A stretch of 64,000 bases of DNA from the NCBI GenBank assembly GCA_965214705.1, contig OZ243972.1, positions 3,904,001-3,968,000 of the forward strand, written 5' to 3'. This document shows, piece by piece, positions 17,385 to 26,784 of the stretch. This stretch comes from Alphaproteobacteria bacterium. Its GTDB lineage: Bacteria > Pseudomonadota > Alphaproteobacteria > UBA828. The notes beneath the pieces were generated by a model. The model made no database searches, was not told the DNA's origin, and worked only from the letters and a program-made list of their open reading frames with translations. A program made the position numbers and the translations under genes. Every line of letters begins with the position of its first letter. Position 1 is the first letter of the stretch.

Positions 17385-18741
17385 GGCATATGCGCTAACT
17401 TGTTTGCGGTTCTTCGATGAAGCGTTCCGCGGTTTGGGTCAGGCGCCGCCGGGACGGTTCGGAGAGGGATTTGGAGATCTGGTTCCATTGGTCGATCACC
17501 TCGGCGAGGGACAAATGGGGTTCGATGGCTCGCACGCCCTGGTTGAGCATGAACCTGAAGTCACGCCAGGCGCTGTGCGGCCCGCCTCCAGGCTGTATCC
17601 CCAGGGGGAAACCGTGCCGGCATGACGGATCAGCTTTTCCACCAGCAGCGCCACCAGGAGTTTGCCGTAGAGCCACGCCTTGGCGCTCTCGTCGTCGTAT
17701 TTGGGCAGATGCCCCAACTGCGCCAGAGACTTGAAGCGCTTGAAGACCAGTTCGACCTGCCAGCGGGTGCGATACCACTCCAGGACCTGCGCCGCGCTGA
17801 AGGCCGCTTCGGGAAAGGTCGTGAACACGATGACGTAGCGCGCGAACTCCAGGGTTCGCGGCCGAACCTGCTTGCCCTTGCGCCCGGCCTCCTTGCGCAG
17901 CTTGCGCTGCGCCAGCCTGATGGCTTCCTGCGTCTTTCTGATCGCGCACACGCGCCCCGGCACCGCGATGCCGTCGCCGACCGCCAGCACGGGCCAGGAT
18001 CGCACGCTGCCGACCCGCTTCAGCGTCGTGACGTGTGCAAGCAGGTCGAACGGCGCGCCGTCGCGCGTTCGAAGCGACAGCGACCCGGTGTTCACGCGCA
18101 CGGTGACGTGACCCCCCGCAGACACCACGTGGTGGAGGCCCGCAGCAGTCGAGTACGCCCGGTCGGCGAGCACAAAGTCGCCCTCGCCGACCGGGAACTG
18201 CGAGAACGCCTCGCCCGTGCCCCGTCCCTCGCTCGCCGTGAGCTTGAAGAAGTCGCACGCCAGCGACGGAAGGCGCACGCTGTAGTGCAGGCGCCACAGC
18301 GCCCCGGTCCGGCCCGGCTCCTTCACCGTCGTCGCGTCGAAGGCCCTGACCTGGAACCCGCCAGCGGCCGACATCGCCATCCCCTGTTCGCGAAACAGCG
18401 CGACGCACAACGCGTGAAGCCAATCCCCCGACTTCCTCAGCCGCTTCAACAAGGCCACGTCGGACAGATCGGCCAGGTTCGCCTTCCTCGCACGCACCAC
18501 GGTCTCGCGCAGCGAGTGTCCGCAGGCCAGATGCAGCAACAGCGTGCGCAGCAGGGCATCGACCGACTTGTCCTTGCGCAGACCCTTCAAGGCCCCGGTC
18601 TCCCGTGCCAACTCCCGCCAGCCCTCGGGCAGAAACGACGACACCACTTCCCACTCCTCGTCCATCCGCCAAGCCTCCCCGCAGCGCGCACCAACCCACA
18701 ATACGGAGTGCCGACATGACAAACAAGTTAGCTCTTATGCC
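17385..18741 (-). mobile_element. IS4-family element
   Basis: 22-bp imperfect TIR GGCATATGCGCTAACTTGTTTG / CAAACAAGTTAGCTCTTATGCC; no target duplication visible. Confidence 0.85.
17496..18665 (-). CDS. IS4-family DDE transposase
   Basis: FDAT, LADRAY and Y..RWQVELVFKRFKS signature. Confidence 0.9.
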   Translation of the reverse strand: MDEEWEVVSSFLPEGWRELARETGALKGLRKDKSVDALLRTLLLHLACGHSLRETVVRARKANLADLSDVALLKRLRKSGDWLHALCVALFREQGMAMSAAGGFQVRAFDATTVKEPGRTGALWRLHYSVRLPSLACDFFKLTASEGRGTGEAFSQFPVGEGDFVLADRAYSTAAGLHHVVSAGGHVTVRVNTGSLSLRTRDGAPFDLLAHVTTLKRVGSVRSWPVLAVGDGIAVPGRVCAIRKTQEAIRLAQRKLRKEAGRKGKQVRPRTLEFARYVIVFTTFPEAAFSAAQVLEWYRTRWQVELVFKRFKSLAQLGHLPKYDDESAKAWLYGKLLVALLVEKLIRHAGTVSPWGYSLEAGRTAPGVTSGSCSTRACEPSNPICPSPR

Positions 18742-18808
18742 CCTGTCCCCCCGAAGGCGGAGGGGGAACGCAAGCGGCGCCGGCCAACTCTCCCTCTCCT
18801 CCCCTCGG

Positions 18809-19977
18809 GGATTCCTCTGCGAAAGGGGGTTTGCGGATTTCGTTGCATGTGATTCGTTGCAGCAACGATGTGGAGGTCGAGTCGATGAGCGGCACGGGTC
18901 AGCTGGGATTTGCGGAAGCGTTCATGTCTGCGGGGCTGGGTACGAACCGGAAGCTGGAACGGCTGGATGGGCTGATCGACTGGTCCCGGCTCGAGCGCCT
19001 GGCTGCGCGGGTGCGCGAAGGACGGCGGGGGCGCCCGCCCTATGCGCCGCTGTCGATGCTGAAGGCGCTCTATCTTCAGGCGCTTTACGACCTCTCGGAC
19101 CCCGGTCTGGAGGAGGCGCTGCTGGACCGGCTCTCGTTTCGTCGCTTCTGCGGCTTTGCGCTGGACGGGGGCACGCCGGACGAGACCACGATCTGCCGCT
19201 TCCGCGCAGATGCGGGCGCTGTCCTGGAGGCGGCGTTCGAGGAGATCAACCGCCAGCTGGATGCCGCCGGTCTGATCCTGCGCAAGGGCACGCTGATGGA
19301 CGCGACCTTGGTGGCCTCGGCCTCGCGGCCGCCGCCTTATGCGGCCGGTGCTGGCGCCAGGAGTGCGCGCGAGCCGGGCGCGGATTGGACGCGCAAGAAG
19401 GGCCGCGCGGTCTTCGGCTACAAGGCGCATCTCGGTGTGGACCAGGGCTCGGGGCTGATCCGTCGCCTGGTTCTGAGTTCAGCCAAGACTTACGAGAGCG
19501 AGGTTGCGGATCGTCTGGTCTGCGGCGACGAGGGGGCGGTCTACGGCGACCGCGCCTACGAGGGCAAGCCGAGACGGGCCAGGCTCAAGGCCGCCGGTAT
19601 CAAGGACCGCATCATGCACCGGCGCAACAAGCACATGGCCTCGCTGCCGCCCTGGCAGCAGCGCCGCAACGATCTCATTGCGAGGCGCCGGGCGCCGGTG
19701 GAAGCGGTCTTTTCGGCGCTGAAGCGCCTCTACGGGCTGAGGCGGGCGAAGAGCCTCACGCTTGAGAGGAACACCGCCCGCCTCTACGCCGCTGCCACCG
19801 CCTGCAACCTGCGCCGCGCCAGCCTGATTGCGGGCTGCTGACCGACCAGTGCGCCCGCAAACCGCCGTTTCAGACACAAGATCGTCCAACGATGGCGACA
19901 CACCCGCCTCCATCAACACCGCCCAGCGCCAAAAGCCTTCCCCAACACCCTGTCGAGCCCCTTTCGCAGAGGAATCC
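18809..19977 (+). mobile_element. IS5-family element
   Basis: Perfect 20-bp TIR GGATTCCTCTGCGAAAGGGG / CCCCTTTCGCAGAGGAATCC. Confidence 0.9.
18885..19841 (+). CDS. IS5-family transposase
   Basis: GRPPY, LSDPGLEE, PDETTICRFR, MDAT, FGYKAH, GDRAY and RAPVEAVF. Confidence 0.95.
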   Translation: MSGTGQLGFAEAFMSAGLGTNRKLERLDGLIDWSRLERLAARVREGRRGRPPYAPLSMLKALYLQALYDLSDPGLEEALLDRLSFRRFCGFALDGGTPDETTICRFRADAGAVLEAAFEEINRQLDAAGLILRKGTLMDATLVASASRPPPYAAGAGARSAREPGADWTRKKGRAVFGYKAHLGVDQGSGLIRRLVLSSAKTYESEVADRLVCGDEGAVYGDRAYEGKPRRARLKAAGIKDRIMHRRNKHMASLPPWQQRRNDLIARRRAPVEAVFSALKRLYGLRRAKSLTLERNTARLYAAATACNLRRASLIAGC

Positions 19978-20105
19978 GAAGGGCGGAGAATGGACACCTC
20001 CCACCCCTGATGGTGTCGCTCGGGAGGGTGGACCCTCGCGGGCCGACGGCATCTAAGTGCCAGGGGAAGATACGGTGTCTTCCCGGGCAAACCGGAGGGT
20101 CCGAG

Positions 20106-21131
20106 ATGAAGCCTAGCAGAACGGTGGTCGGCGTGGATACGGCCAAGCGCGTCTTTCAGCTGTATTGGATGGAGATGGATACGGGCGAGGTCAAGGAACT
20201 GAGGCTGACGCGGGCGCGCTTCCTGGAGCGCTTCGCCAACCGCGCGCCCTGCGTGGTGGCGATGGAGGCGTGTGGCGGCGCGCAGCACTGGGCGCGGCGC
20301 CTGCACGCGCTCGGTCACGAGGTCCGTCTGCTGCCGGCGCAGGTGGTCCGGCCATTCGTGGCTGGCAACAAGAGCGACGCGCACGATGCGCGGGCGATCT
20401 GGACGGCGGCGCAGCAGCCGGGCATCAAGACGGTGGCGATCAAGAGCGAGGAGCAGCAGGCGATCCTGGCGCTGCACCGCATGCGCCAGCAGCTGGTGAA
20501 GTTCCGCACGGCGCAGAGCAACGGCCTGCGCGGGCTTCTGGCCGAGTACGGCGAGGTGATGGCGCGGGGCCGTGCGGGGCTGCGGCGTGGCATGCCCGGT
20601 GCGCTGGAGCGGCTCTCGGAGCGTCTGCCGGCGACGGTTATCGAGAGCTTGCGCGAGCAGTGGGCGCGACTGGATCGGCTGGATGAGGAGATCGATGAGG
20701 TCGAGCGTCGCCTTGCGCAGTGGCACAGGCACAACCCAGCCAGCCGGCGCATTGCCGAGATCCCCGGTGTCGGGTTAATCACGGCGACGGCAGCCGTCGC
20801 TGCGATAGGCGATCCGGTGTCGTTCCGGTCTGGCCGGGAGTTCGCGGCCTGGCTCGGCCTGGTGCCGCGCCACAGGGGCACCGGCGGGCGGGTGCGCACG
20901 CTCGGCATCTCCAAGCGGGGCGACCGCTACCTGCGTACCCTGCTTATCCATGGCGCCCGGACCGCGCTCAACAACAGCAAGGCGCCGCCTGAATGGGCGG
21001 TACGTCTGGCCGAGCGGCGGCCAGCGAACGTGGCCACGGTGGCGCTCGCCAACAAAATGGCGCGCACCATCTGGGCCCTGCAGGCCCATGAGCGGGACTA
21101 TCAGCCCAACTACGGCGCAAGACCGGCGTAG
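20106..21131 (+). CDS. IS110/IS1111 DEDD recombinase
   Basis: GVDTAK, MEACG, KSDAHDA, IPGVG, WLGLVP..TGG and SKRGDRYLR. Confidence 0.95.
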   Translation: MKPSRTVVGVDTAKRVFQLYWMEMDTGEVKELRLTRARFLERFANRAPCVVAMEACGGAQHWARRLHALGHEVRLLPAQVVRPFVAGNKSDAHDARAIWTAAQQPGIKTVAIKSEEQQAILALHRMRQQLVKFRTAQSNGLRGLLAEYGEVMARGRAGLRRGMPGALERLSERLPATVIESLREQWARLDRLDEEIDEVERRLAQWHRHNPASRRIAEIPGVGLITATAAVAAIGDPVSFRSGREFAAWLGLVPRHRGTGGRVRTLGISKRGDRYLRTLLIHGARTALNNSKAPPEWAVRLAERRPANVATVALANKMARTIWALQAHERDYQPNYGARPA

Positions 21132-21391
21132 GCGCGGCCGACGCGGGCAGAGACAAGGCCACACAGGAGGTAGCCGCAGACAGAGTGCGCAAGGCGCGAC
21201 AAGGTGTGATGGCACACAGGTCAGACCGCAATCCGCCAAACCTGACCCGGCCCTTGGGCGAAAAGCCCGTGCGGAGAGTGAGGCGCGGATCAGCAGATAC
21301 CATCGGGGCCAGCAGGACAAAACCCGCACCAACAGGCCGAATATAGAGCTGCACCCTGGCCGCCACTCACACCAAATCAACCCTTGCGTCC
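21132..21391 (+). ncRNA. Candidate bridge/seek RNA region of the IS1111-type element
   Basis: About 260-nt non-coding segment between the recombinase stop and the right IR, the position known for IS1111-group guide RNAs. Confidence 0.6.
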
Positions 21392-21524
21392 GGGAGGCGT
21401 CCATATAGAGGCCGGGAAGAGGAGGGGGATTTTCCGGTCGTACTGCTTGTGCGAGAAGGGCCGCGCGTCAACCGGGGCCGATCCCGTTCGGTCGGACCGT
21501 GCTCAGGGGCACGATCTGCGTGGA

Positions 21525-22211
21525 TCAATGCGCCGGCAGGACCAGGCGTTCGAGTGCCTCGTCGGCCGTCATCACGTCGCCGTAAGACGCGAGGCAGACG
21601 GCGTAGGTCCAGGAGTCCTCTTCCGCCGAGCGGCCGCCGTTGGCGTCCGAGATCATGACCGTCTTGAAGTCGTAGGCGGCGGCCTCGCGCGCCGTGGTCT
21701 CGCAGCAGACGTTGGTGACGGTGCCGACGACCAGGACCGTGTCGACCCCGAGGTCGCGCAACGCGCGCGCGAGGCGTCCCTGGCTGCCGATAAAGCCGCC
21801 GAAGCGGTTCTTGTGAACCATCGGATCGGTGTCGCGCGCGTCGAGCGCCGGCCAAATCGCGTGGCCCTCGACGCCTTCGCTGAGGCCGGCGCGAAAGACC
21901 GCCGCCGCTTCCTCACCCAGGATGGTGTCGAGGTTGGCCCAGTTCCTGTCTTCCTCCGGACCGTAGGTGGAGACCAGCCAGACGACGTGGCCGCCGGCGG
22001 CCCGGAGCGCGCCGGCCAGTCGATTGACCGTCGGCACGATCGCCCTGGCGTGGGGGATCTCGGACGGGCTGCCCTCGCGCATAAAGTGGACCTGCAGGTC
22101 CACCACCAGCAGCGCCGTGCGCGCCGCGTCCAGGTTCTCGAAAGCGTGCAGCCGGCCGCGCCGGCGCAGCACGCGGTCGATGACGCGCTGGGGGATCTGT
22201 ACCGGCTCCAT
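21525..22211 (-). CDS. Isochorismatase/cysteine hydrolase family protein
   Basis: TALLVVDLQ, HKNRFGGF and GTVTNVCCETTAR. Confidence 0.9.
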   Translation of the reverse strand: MEPVQIPQRVIDRVLRRRGRLHAFENLDAARTALLVVDLQVHFMREGSPSEIPHARAIVPTVNRLAGALRAAGGHVVWLVSTYGPEEDRNWANLDTILGEEAAAVFRAGLSEGVEGHAIWPALDARDTDPMVHKNRFGGFIGSQGRLARALRDLGVDTVLVVGTVTNVCCETTAREAAAYDFKTVMISDANGGRSAEEDSWTYAVCLASYGDVMTADEALERLVLPAH

Positions 22212-22310
22212 GGCGCCCTCCCGTCTCTGGCGAGTCGCCGGCATTCTGACCCGACCGGCTCGTGTGCGAAACGCGCCGAACTTTGGTCGAGGTGGATGAG
22301 GTTCCGGCCT

Positions 22311-23090
22311 CTATTCGCAGACCACCCCGTCGCCGTCCCCGTCGCGCATGTAGCGATAGGCCGGATGGTCACGCGGTACGGGTGCGATGCCGTGGCGTCG
22401 TGCCTCCGCGCACGTGATGCGGCCGTTGCGATTGTCGTCATAAACAGCGAGCACGTCGGACGCCGAGACGGTGCGAGGCTGTGCGCCCGTGGAGCCGGCA
22501 ACCGCTGCGGTCACGATCATCTCGGTGGAGTCACAGCCCGAAAGAACCCGTTCGAGTGCGGCAGCCTCACGCCGGTCGACGGTCAGTGCGTACGCGCGCT
22601 TGACCGCGACGATGCGCGCTGCGTACCAGCAGCGGTTCAACGGCGGCAGCCATTCTGCGAAATCGAAGGCGCATTTTCCGCCGCTTCCGCAGCGGTTCAC
22701 CTCGGGCGCAGCCAGGGTCAGGTTGAGCAGGTCGGAAGCGAAGCGTCGCCGAAGATCGGGGCCGGCGGCGCAGAGCCCACTGTCATGAGCCTCGGAGACG
22801 GCGACGATGTGCTCGATATCGGTTTGTCGCGTGGTCGAATAGTGCCGCCCCGTATAGGGCCCGTAGACCCTGCCTCCCATGGTGGCCACGATCTTGGCCT
22901 CGACCGACTGCGAATAGCGGTAATCGCCCCGGTCGTATGGCGCGCAGCGGTGCTCCGGCGCGATGGCGAGGCCGCGCCATGTCTCGGCGCCCAAGGCCTG
23001 ACCGAAATCGGCGATGCTTGCGACTATGATCGCAAGTGCGGCAAGCAGCATCGCTGCGGTGCGGCCTGAGAGCCTGTGTGCTCGTGTCAT
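22311..23090 (-). CDS. Exported DUF1524/HNH-type nuclease with C-terminal Excalibur-like Ca-binding domain
   Basis: Signal peptide; DIEHIV...AHDSG, FASDLLNL....VN..K..D..EWLP; C-terminal DGDGDGVVCE. Confidence 0.75.
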   Translation of the reverse strand: MTRAHRLSGRTAAMLLAALAIIVASIADFGQALGAETWRGLAIAPEHRCAPYDRGDYRYSQSVEAKIVATMGGRVYGPYTGRHYSTTRQTDIEHIVAVSEAHDSGLCAAGPDLRRRFASDLLNLTLAAPEVNRCGSGGKCAFDFAEWLPPLNRCWYAARIVAVKRAYALTVDRREAAALERVLSGCDSTEMIVTAAVAGSTGAQPRTVSASDVLAVYDDNRNGRITCAEARRHGIAPVPRDHPAYRYMRDGDGDGVVCE

Positions 23091-23347
23091 TGCGACACCC
23101 CTTCTGAATCTTGTGAATCGAACTATCCATTTGATTGTCCAAATTGAGCCAAACGATTCAAATTTGTCGCCACGCATTTTGCTGATGCCGGTGGCGCGGC
23201 TTCTCGGATTTCAGCGGGGTGACGCGCTCGCTGGGTCGTGCGCGCGGGAGAGCGGCAGGGAGGAAAGGCGCGGCTTGCGGGCAGCCCCGCCGCGGCTTAG
23301 CTTCGGCGCGCGACCGCCGTGGCCCGCGACCGGGGAGGAAAATGGGG

Positions 23348-24502
23348 ATGGCCAAAATCGTCGAGGTTCGCGCGAGCGCACATTCGTGCCCGTTCGAGAG
23401 CAACTTCGTGCGCCTGGGCCTCGGCACCAACACAAAGCGCGACATCGTGCTGGTGCGGATCACGGACGAGAGCGGCGCGGTCGGCCTGGGCGAGGCCCAT
23501 CACGGCCAGAACCCCACGGCCATGGCGACGGTGATCCAGGACGGCCTAGGCTCGCTCATCATCGGCGCCGACCCGTTGGACAGCGAAGGCATCTGGCACC
23601 GGCTGGAGCGTCAGCAGATCGTGACGCACGGTTTGGGGGCGGGCAGCATCACGGCGCTCGCCGGCATCGACAACGCGCTCTGGGACCTCAAGGGCAAGCT
23701 GCTGGGCTTGCCGGTCTACACGCTCCTGGGCGGGGCCAAGAAGCGAATCCGCGCCTACGCCGGCGGTTTAAGTCTTGGCTTCAAACCGCCGGAAAAGCTG
23801 GAGAAAGAGGTCGCCACTTTGGTGGCCGAGGGCTACACGGCGATCAAGATGCGCGTCGGCGATCACCCGGCTCGGGACGCCATGCGGGTCAGCCACATCC
23901 GCAAGACCTTCGGCGACGATCTCGACATCGCGGTGGATGCCGCCACCCGCTACGACCTGCTCGATATCCCGGAGGTGCTGCGCTATTGCGAGGAGAACAG
24001 GGTGTACTGGCTGGAGGAGCCGTTCACGCCGGACAACATCCCGGCCTATGCCGAGCTGCGCACGCGTACCGCGATCCCCATCGCGGCCGGCGAGAACCAC
24101 TACGGAAGGCCGGCCTTCCGCGCGCTCTTCGAGGGGCGGGCGGTCTCCATCTGCCAGGCGGACTTCTGCAAGTCGGGCGGGCTCAGCGAGCTCAAGAAGA
24201 TTTCCGATATGGCCGCCGCCTGGCACATCCCGATGGCGCCGCACACCAGCCACAGCATCCTGAGCGCCGCCGGCAACGCGCACCTGCTCTCGGCGATCCC
24301 CAACGGGTTGATCTACGAGGCGGACGTGGCCACGGTGAACCCGTTCCGCACCGACCTCGCCAAGGGCTATGCGGGCGTGGTCGACGGGCATATCGAGCCG
24401 CCGGACGGGCCGGGCCTCGGGATCGAGATCGACGAGGCGGTGCTGGAACGCTATCCGGCGATTCCAGGGCCCTGCTACATTCCGGGGTGGGCCAGGGAGT
24501 AG
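23348..24502 (+). CDS. Mandelate racemase/muconate lactonizing enzyme family protein
   Basis: GIDNALWDLKGK, KMR, VDA, WLEEP, AAGEN and APH motifs. Confidence 0.9.
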   Translation: MAKIVEVRASAHSCPFESNFVRLGLGTNTKRDIVLVRITDESGAVGLGEAHHGQNPTAMATVIQDGLGSLIIGADPLDSEGIWHRLERQQIVTHGLGAGSITALAGIDNALWDLKGKLLGLPVYTLLGGAKKRIRAYAGGLSLGFKPPEKLEKEVATLVAEGYTAIKMRVGDHPARDAMRVSHIRKTFGDDLDIAVDAATRYDLLDIPEVLRYCEENRVYWLEEPFTPDNIPAYAELRTRTAIPIAAGENHYGRPAFRALFEGRAVSICQADFCKSGGLSELKKISDMAAAWHIPMAPHTSHSILSAAGNAHLLSAIPNGLIYEADVATVNPFRTDLAKGYAGVVDGHIEPPDGPGLGIEIDEAVLERYPAIPGPCYIPGWARE

Positions 24503-24524
24503 GCCGACGCAACGGGAGGGCGCC

Positions 24525-25394
24525 ATGACTCCTGAGATCACGCCGACCGACGCCACTCTCGGCGCGGTGGTCAGTAATGTCCGGCTCGCCGCGCTCGACG
24601 ACGAGGCATTCGCGGCCATCGAGGAGGCGTGGCATGCTCACGCGGTCCTGATCTTCCCCGGTCAGCACCTTTCGGAAGGGGAGCAGGTGGACTTCAGCCG
24701 CCGCTTCGGCCCGCTGGAGCGGAGCCTCACCAAGACCCACACGCAGGGCGACCCGGCGATCATCCACCTCTCCAACGTCAAGAAGGACGGCACGCTCTGG
24801 GGCACCGACAGCGACACGGGCAGGCTGCTGAAGGGCAACAACTATTGGCACACCGACAGCTCGTACAAGCGCATCCCGGCCAAGGCCTCGCTGCTGACGG
24901 CGAAGATCGTGCCCAAGACCGGTGGCGAGACCGCCTTCGCCGACATGCGCGCGGCCTATGATGCCCTCGATGCCGCTATGCGGGACTGGCTCGCGGACAA
25001 ATCCGCCCTGCACAGCTACGCCTACAGCCAGGGCAAGGTCGGCGGCATGGGCGGCATCACCCAGGACGAGTGGGACGATCTGCCGCCGGTGGAGCAGCCC
25101 GTGATCCGCACGCACCCGGCGACCGGGCGGCGCAACCTCTATATCGGCCGCCATGCCAGCCACATCGTGGGCGAGGACCACGACGAGAGCCGCAAGCTTC
25201 TGGAGGAGCTCTGCGCAGACGCCTGCCGGCCGCCCCGCATCCACATCCACAAGTGGCAGGTGGGCGATCTGGTCATATGGGACAACCGCTGCGTGCTGCA
25301 CCGGGGCCTCGGCCATCCGCCCGACCAGCCGCGCCGCATGGTCCGCACCACCGTCGCCGGCGACAGCGACGAGGCCAACGAGTGGGTCGCGTGA
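24525..25394 (+). CDS. TauD/TfdA family 2OG-Fe(II) dioxygenase
   Basis: WHTDSSY, GGETAFAD, RTHPATGR and WDNRCVLHR. Confidence 0.92.
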   Translation: MTPEITPTDATLGAVVSNVRLAALDDEAFAAIEEAWHAHAVLIFPGQHLSEGEQVDFSRRFGPLERSLTKTHTQGDPAIIHLSNVKKDGTLWGTDSDTGRLLKGNNYWHTDSSYKRIPAKASLLTAKIVPKTGGETAFADMRAAYDALDAAMRDWLADKSALHSYAYSQGKVGGMGGITQDEWDDLPPVEQPVIRTHPATGRRNLYIGRHASHIVGEDHDESRKLLEELCADACRPPRIHIHKWQVGDLVIWDNRCVLHRGLGHPPDQPRRMVRTTVAGDSDEANEWVA

Positions 25395-25519
25395 GAGGGG
25401 GCGCACGTAGCGCTCCGTAGACGCGCGGCGGCGGCGCGCCACCAGGCGCATGATCGCGCTGGACTCCGCCCTGACGTTCCCTATATTTATTGTTGTAAAT
25501 CGTACGTCAGACGAACGAT

Positions 25520-26704
25520 ATGCAACAATTTATCCAGCGTCCCGCGCTTCTGGCTGCCGCCGTCCAGGGGCTGTCCGAAGTGCCGGCGGTCGCCTTGCTG
25601 GGTGCCCGGCAAGTGGGCAAGACGACGCTGGCGCACCGAGTTGCGGACGAGTGGCCGGGGCCGTCCACCCTTCTCGACCTGGAGGTGGCCGCGACGCGAG
25701 AGGCATTGTCGGGAACGCCCGAGAGGCTGCTGGGCGGCAGCGAAGGGCTAGTCGTTATCGACGAGATACAGCGCTTGCCGTCACTCTTCGAGGTGCTGCG
25801 CCCCATCTGCGACGACCCGGACCGGAAGGCGGTCTTTCTGCTGCTGGGCAGCGCGTCTTGGGATCTGATTCAGGGGGTCTCCGAAACCTTGGCGGGGCGA
25901 ATTCTCTTCGTTGATGTGGGCGGCTTCTCACTGGCCGAGGTGGGGGCGACCAACCAGGACAAGCTCTGGATGCGCGGCGGCTTTCCGCGCGCGTGGCTGG
26001 CACCTTCAGCGGCGGCTTGGACGCGCTGGATGCGGTCCTTCACCCGGACCTTTCTGGAACGGGACATCCCAGGGCTGGGCTCGCGGGTGCCGCCCGAATC
26101 GCTGGGCCGCTTCTGGCGGATGCTGGCGCATTACCACGGGCAGACCTGGAACGCGGCAGAGCTCGCGCGCTCGATGGACGTGGGTGTCACCACAGTAAAC
26201 CGCTATCGCGACCTGCTGGCGGGCGCCTTCATGGTCCGGATTCTGCCGCCGTGGTTCGAGAATCTCGGCAAGCGCATCGTCAAGTCACCCAAGGTTTATC
26301 TGCGCGACAGCGGCGTGCTGCACTTCCTGCTGGGACTCGAGAAGGCGTCCGACCTGCCGGTGCATCCACGCTACGGCGCCAGTTGGGAGGGGTTTGCCCT
26401 GGAGCAGACGCTGCTCGCGCACAGCGAGCACGAGGCATATGTCTACGCCACCCAGCGGGGAGCCGAGCTCGACCTGCTGTTGCTGCGGCGGGGACGGCGC
26501 TGGGGCTTCGAGTTTAAGTGCACCGACGCGCCGCGCACGACGAAGTCCATGCATGTCGTCATGAAGGACCTGGGCCTGCAGCATCTGTGGGTTCTCTATC
26601 CGGGGGATCAGGCCTATCCGCTCGCCGACGCCATCACGGCGCTGCCTCTCAAGAATGTCGGCGGAATTCAGCTGGAGCCCGGCGTCGTTGAGCGCCGCGA
26701 CTAA
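25520..26704 (+). CDS. AAA_14/DUF4143 ATP-binding protein
   Basis: GARQVGKTT, IDEIQ, LLGSAS, ETLAGR, RGGFP, KSPKVYLRDSG; C-terminal E.D...EFK. Confidence 0.9.
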   Translation: MQQFIQRPALLAAAVQGLSEVPAVALLGARQVGKTTLAHRVADEWPGPSTLLDLEVAATREALSGTPERLLGGSEGLVVIDEIQRLPSLFEVLRPICDDPDRKAVFLLLGSASWDLIQGVSETLAGRILFVDVGGFSLAEVGATNQDKLWMRGGFPRAWLAPSAAAWTRWMRSFTRTFLERDIPGLGSRVPPESLGRFWRMLAHYHGQTWNAAELARSMDVGVTTVNRYRDLLAGAFMVRILPPWFENLGKRIVKSPKVYLRDSGVLHFLLGLEKASDLPVHPRYGASWEGFALEQTLLAHSEHEAYVYATQRGAELDLLLLRRGRRWGFEFKCTDAPRTTKSMHVVMKDLGLQHLWVLYPGDQAYPLADAITALPLKNVGGIQLEPGVVERRD

Positions 26705-26784
26705 GACGGCCGCCGGGGCGTGCTATGGTTGCGTGCCGCTTGTATGGTGGCGCCGCGACGGCGGGACGGAGAGGGAGACAAGCG

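Larger units (their letters stand above)
19983..21407 (+). mobile_element. IS110-family, IS1111-group element (ends approximate)
   Basis: Sub-terminal IRs ATGGACACCTCCC (19990-20002) / GGGAGGCGTCCAT (21392-21404); long non-coding right end. Confidence 0.85.

Noticed and set aside
21246-21252. CCCGGCC as a target guide of the IS1111-type RNA (complement of the right flank 21410-21416)
   Set aside because: A 7-bp all-GC match offset from the junction is likely by chance in this genome.
25520-26704. AAA_14/DUF4143 ATPase as a novel defence system
   Set aside because: Common standalone family; no partner genes here.
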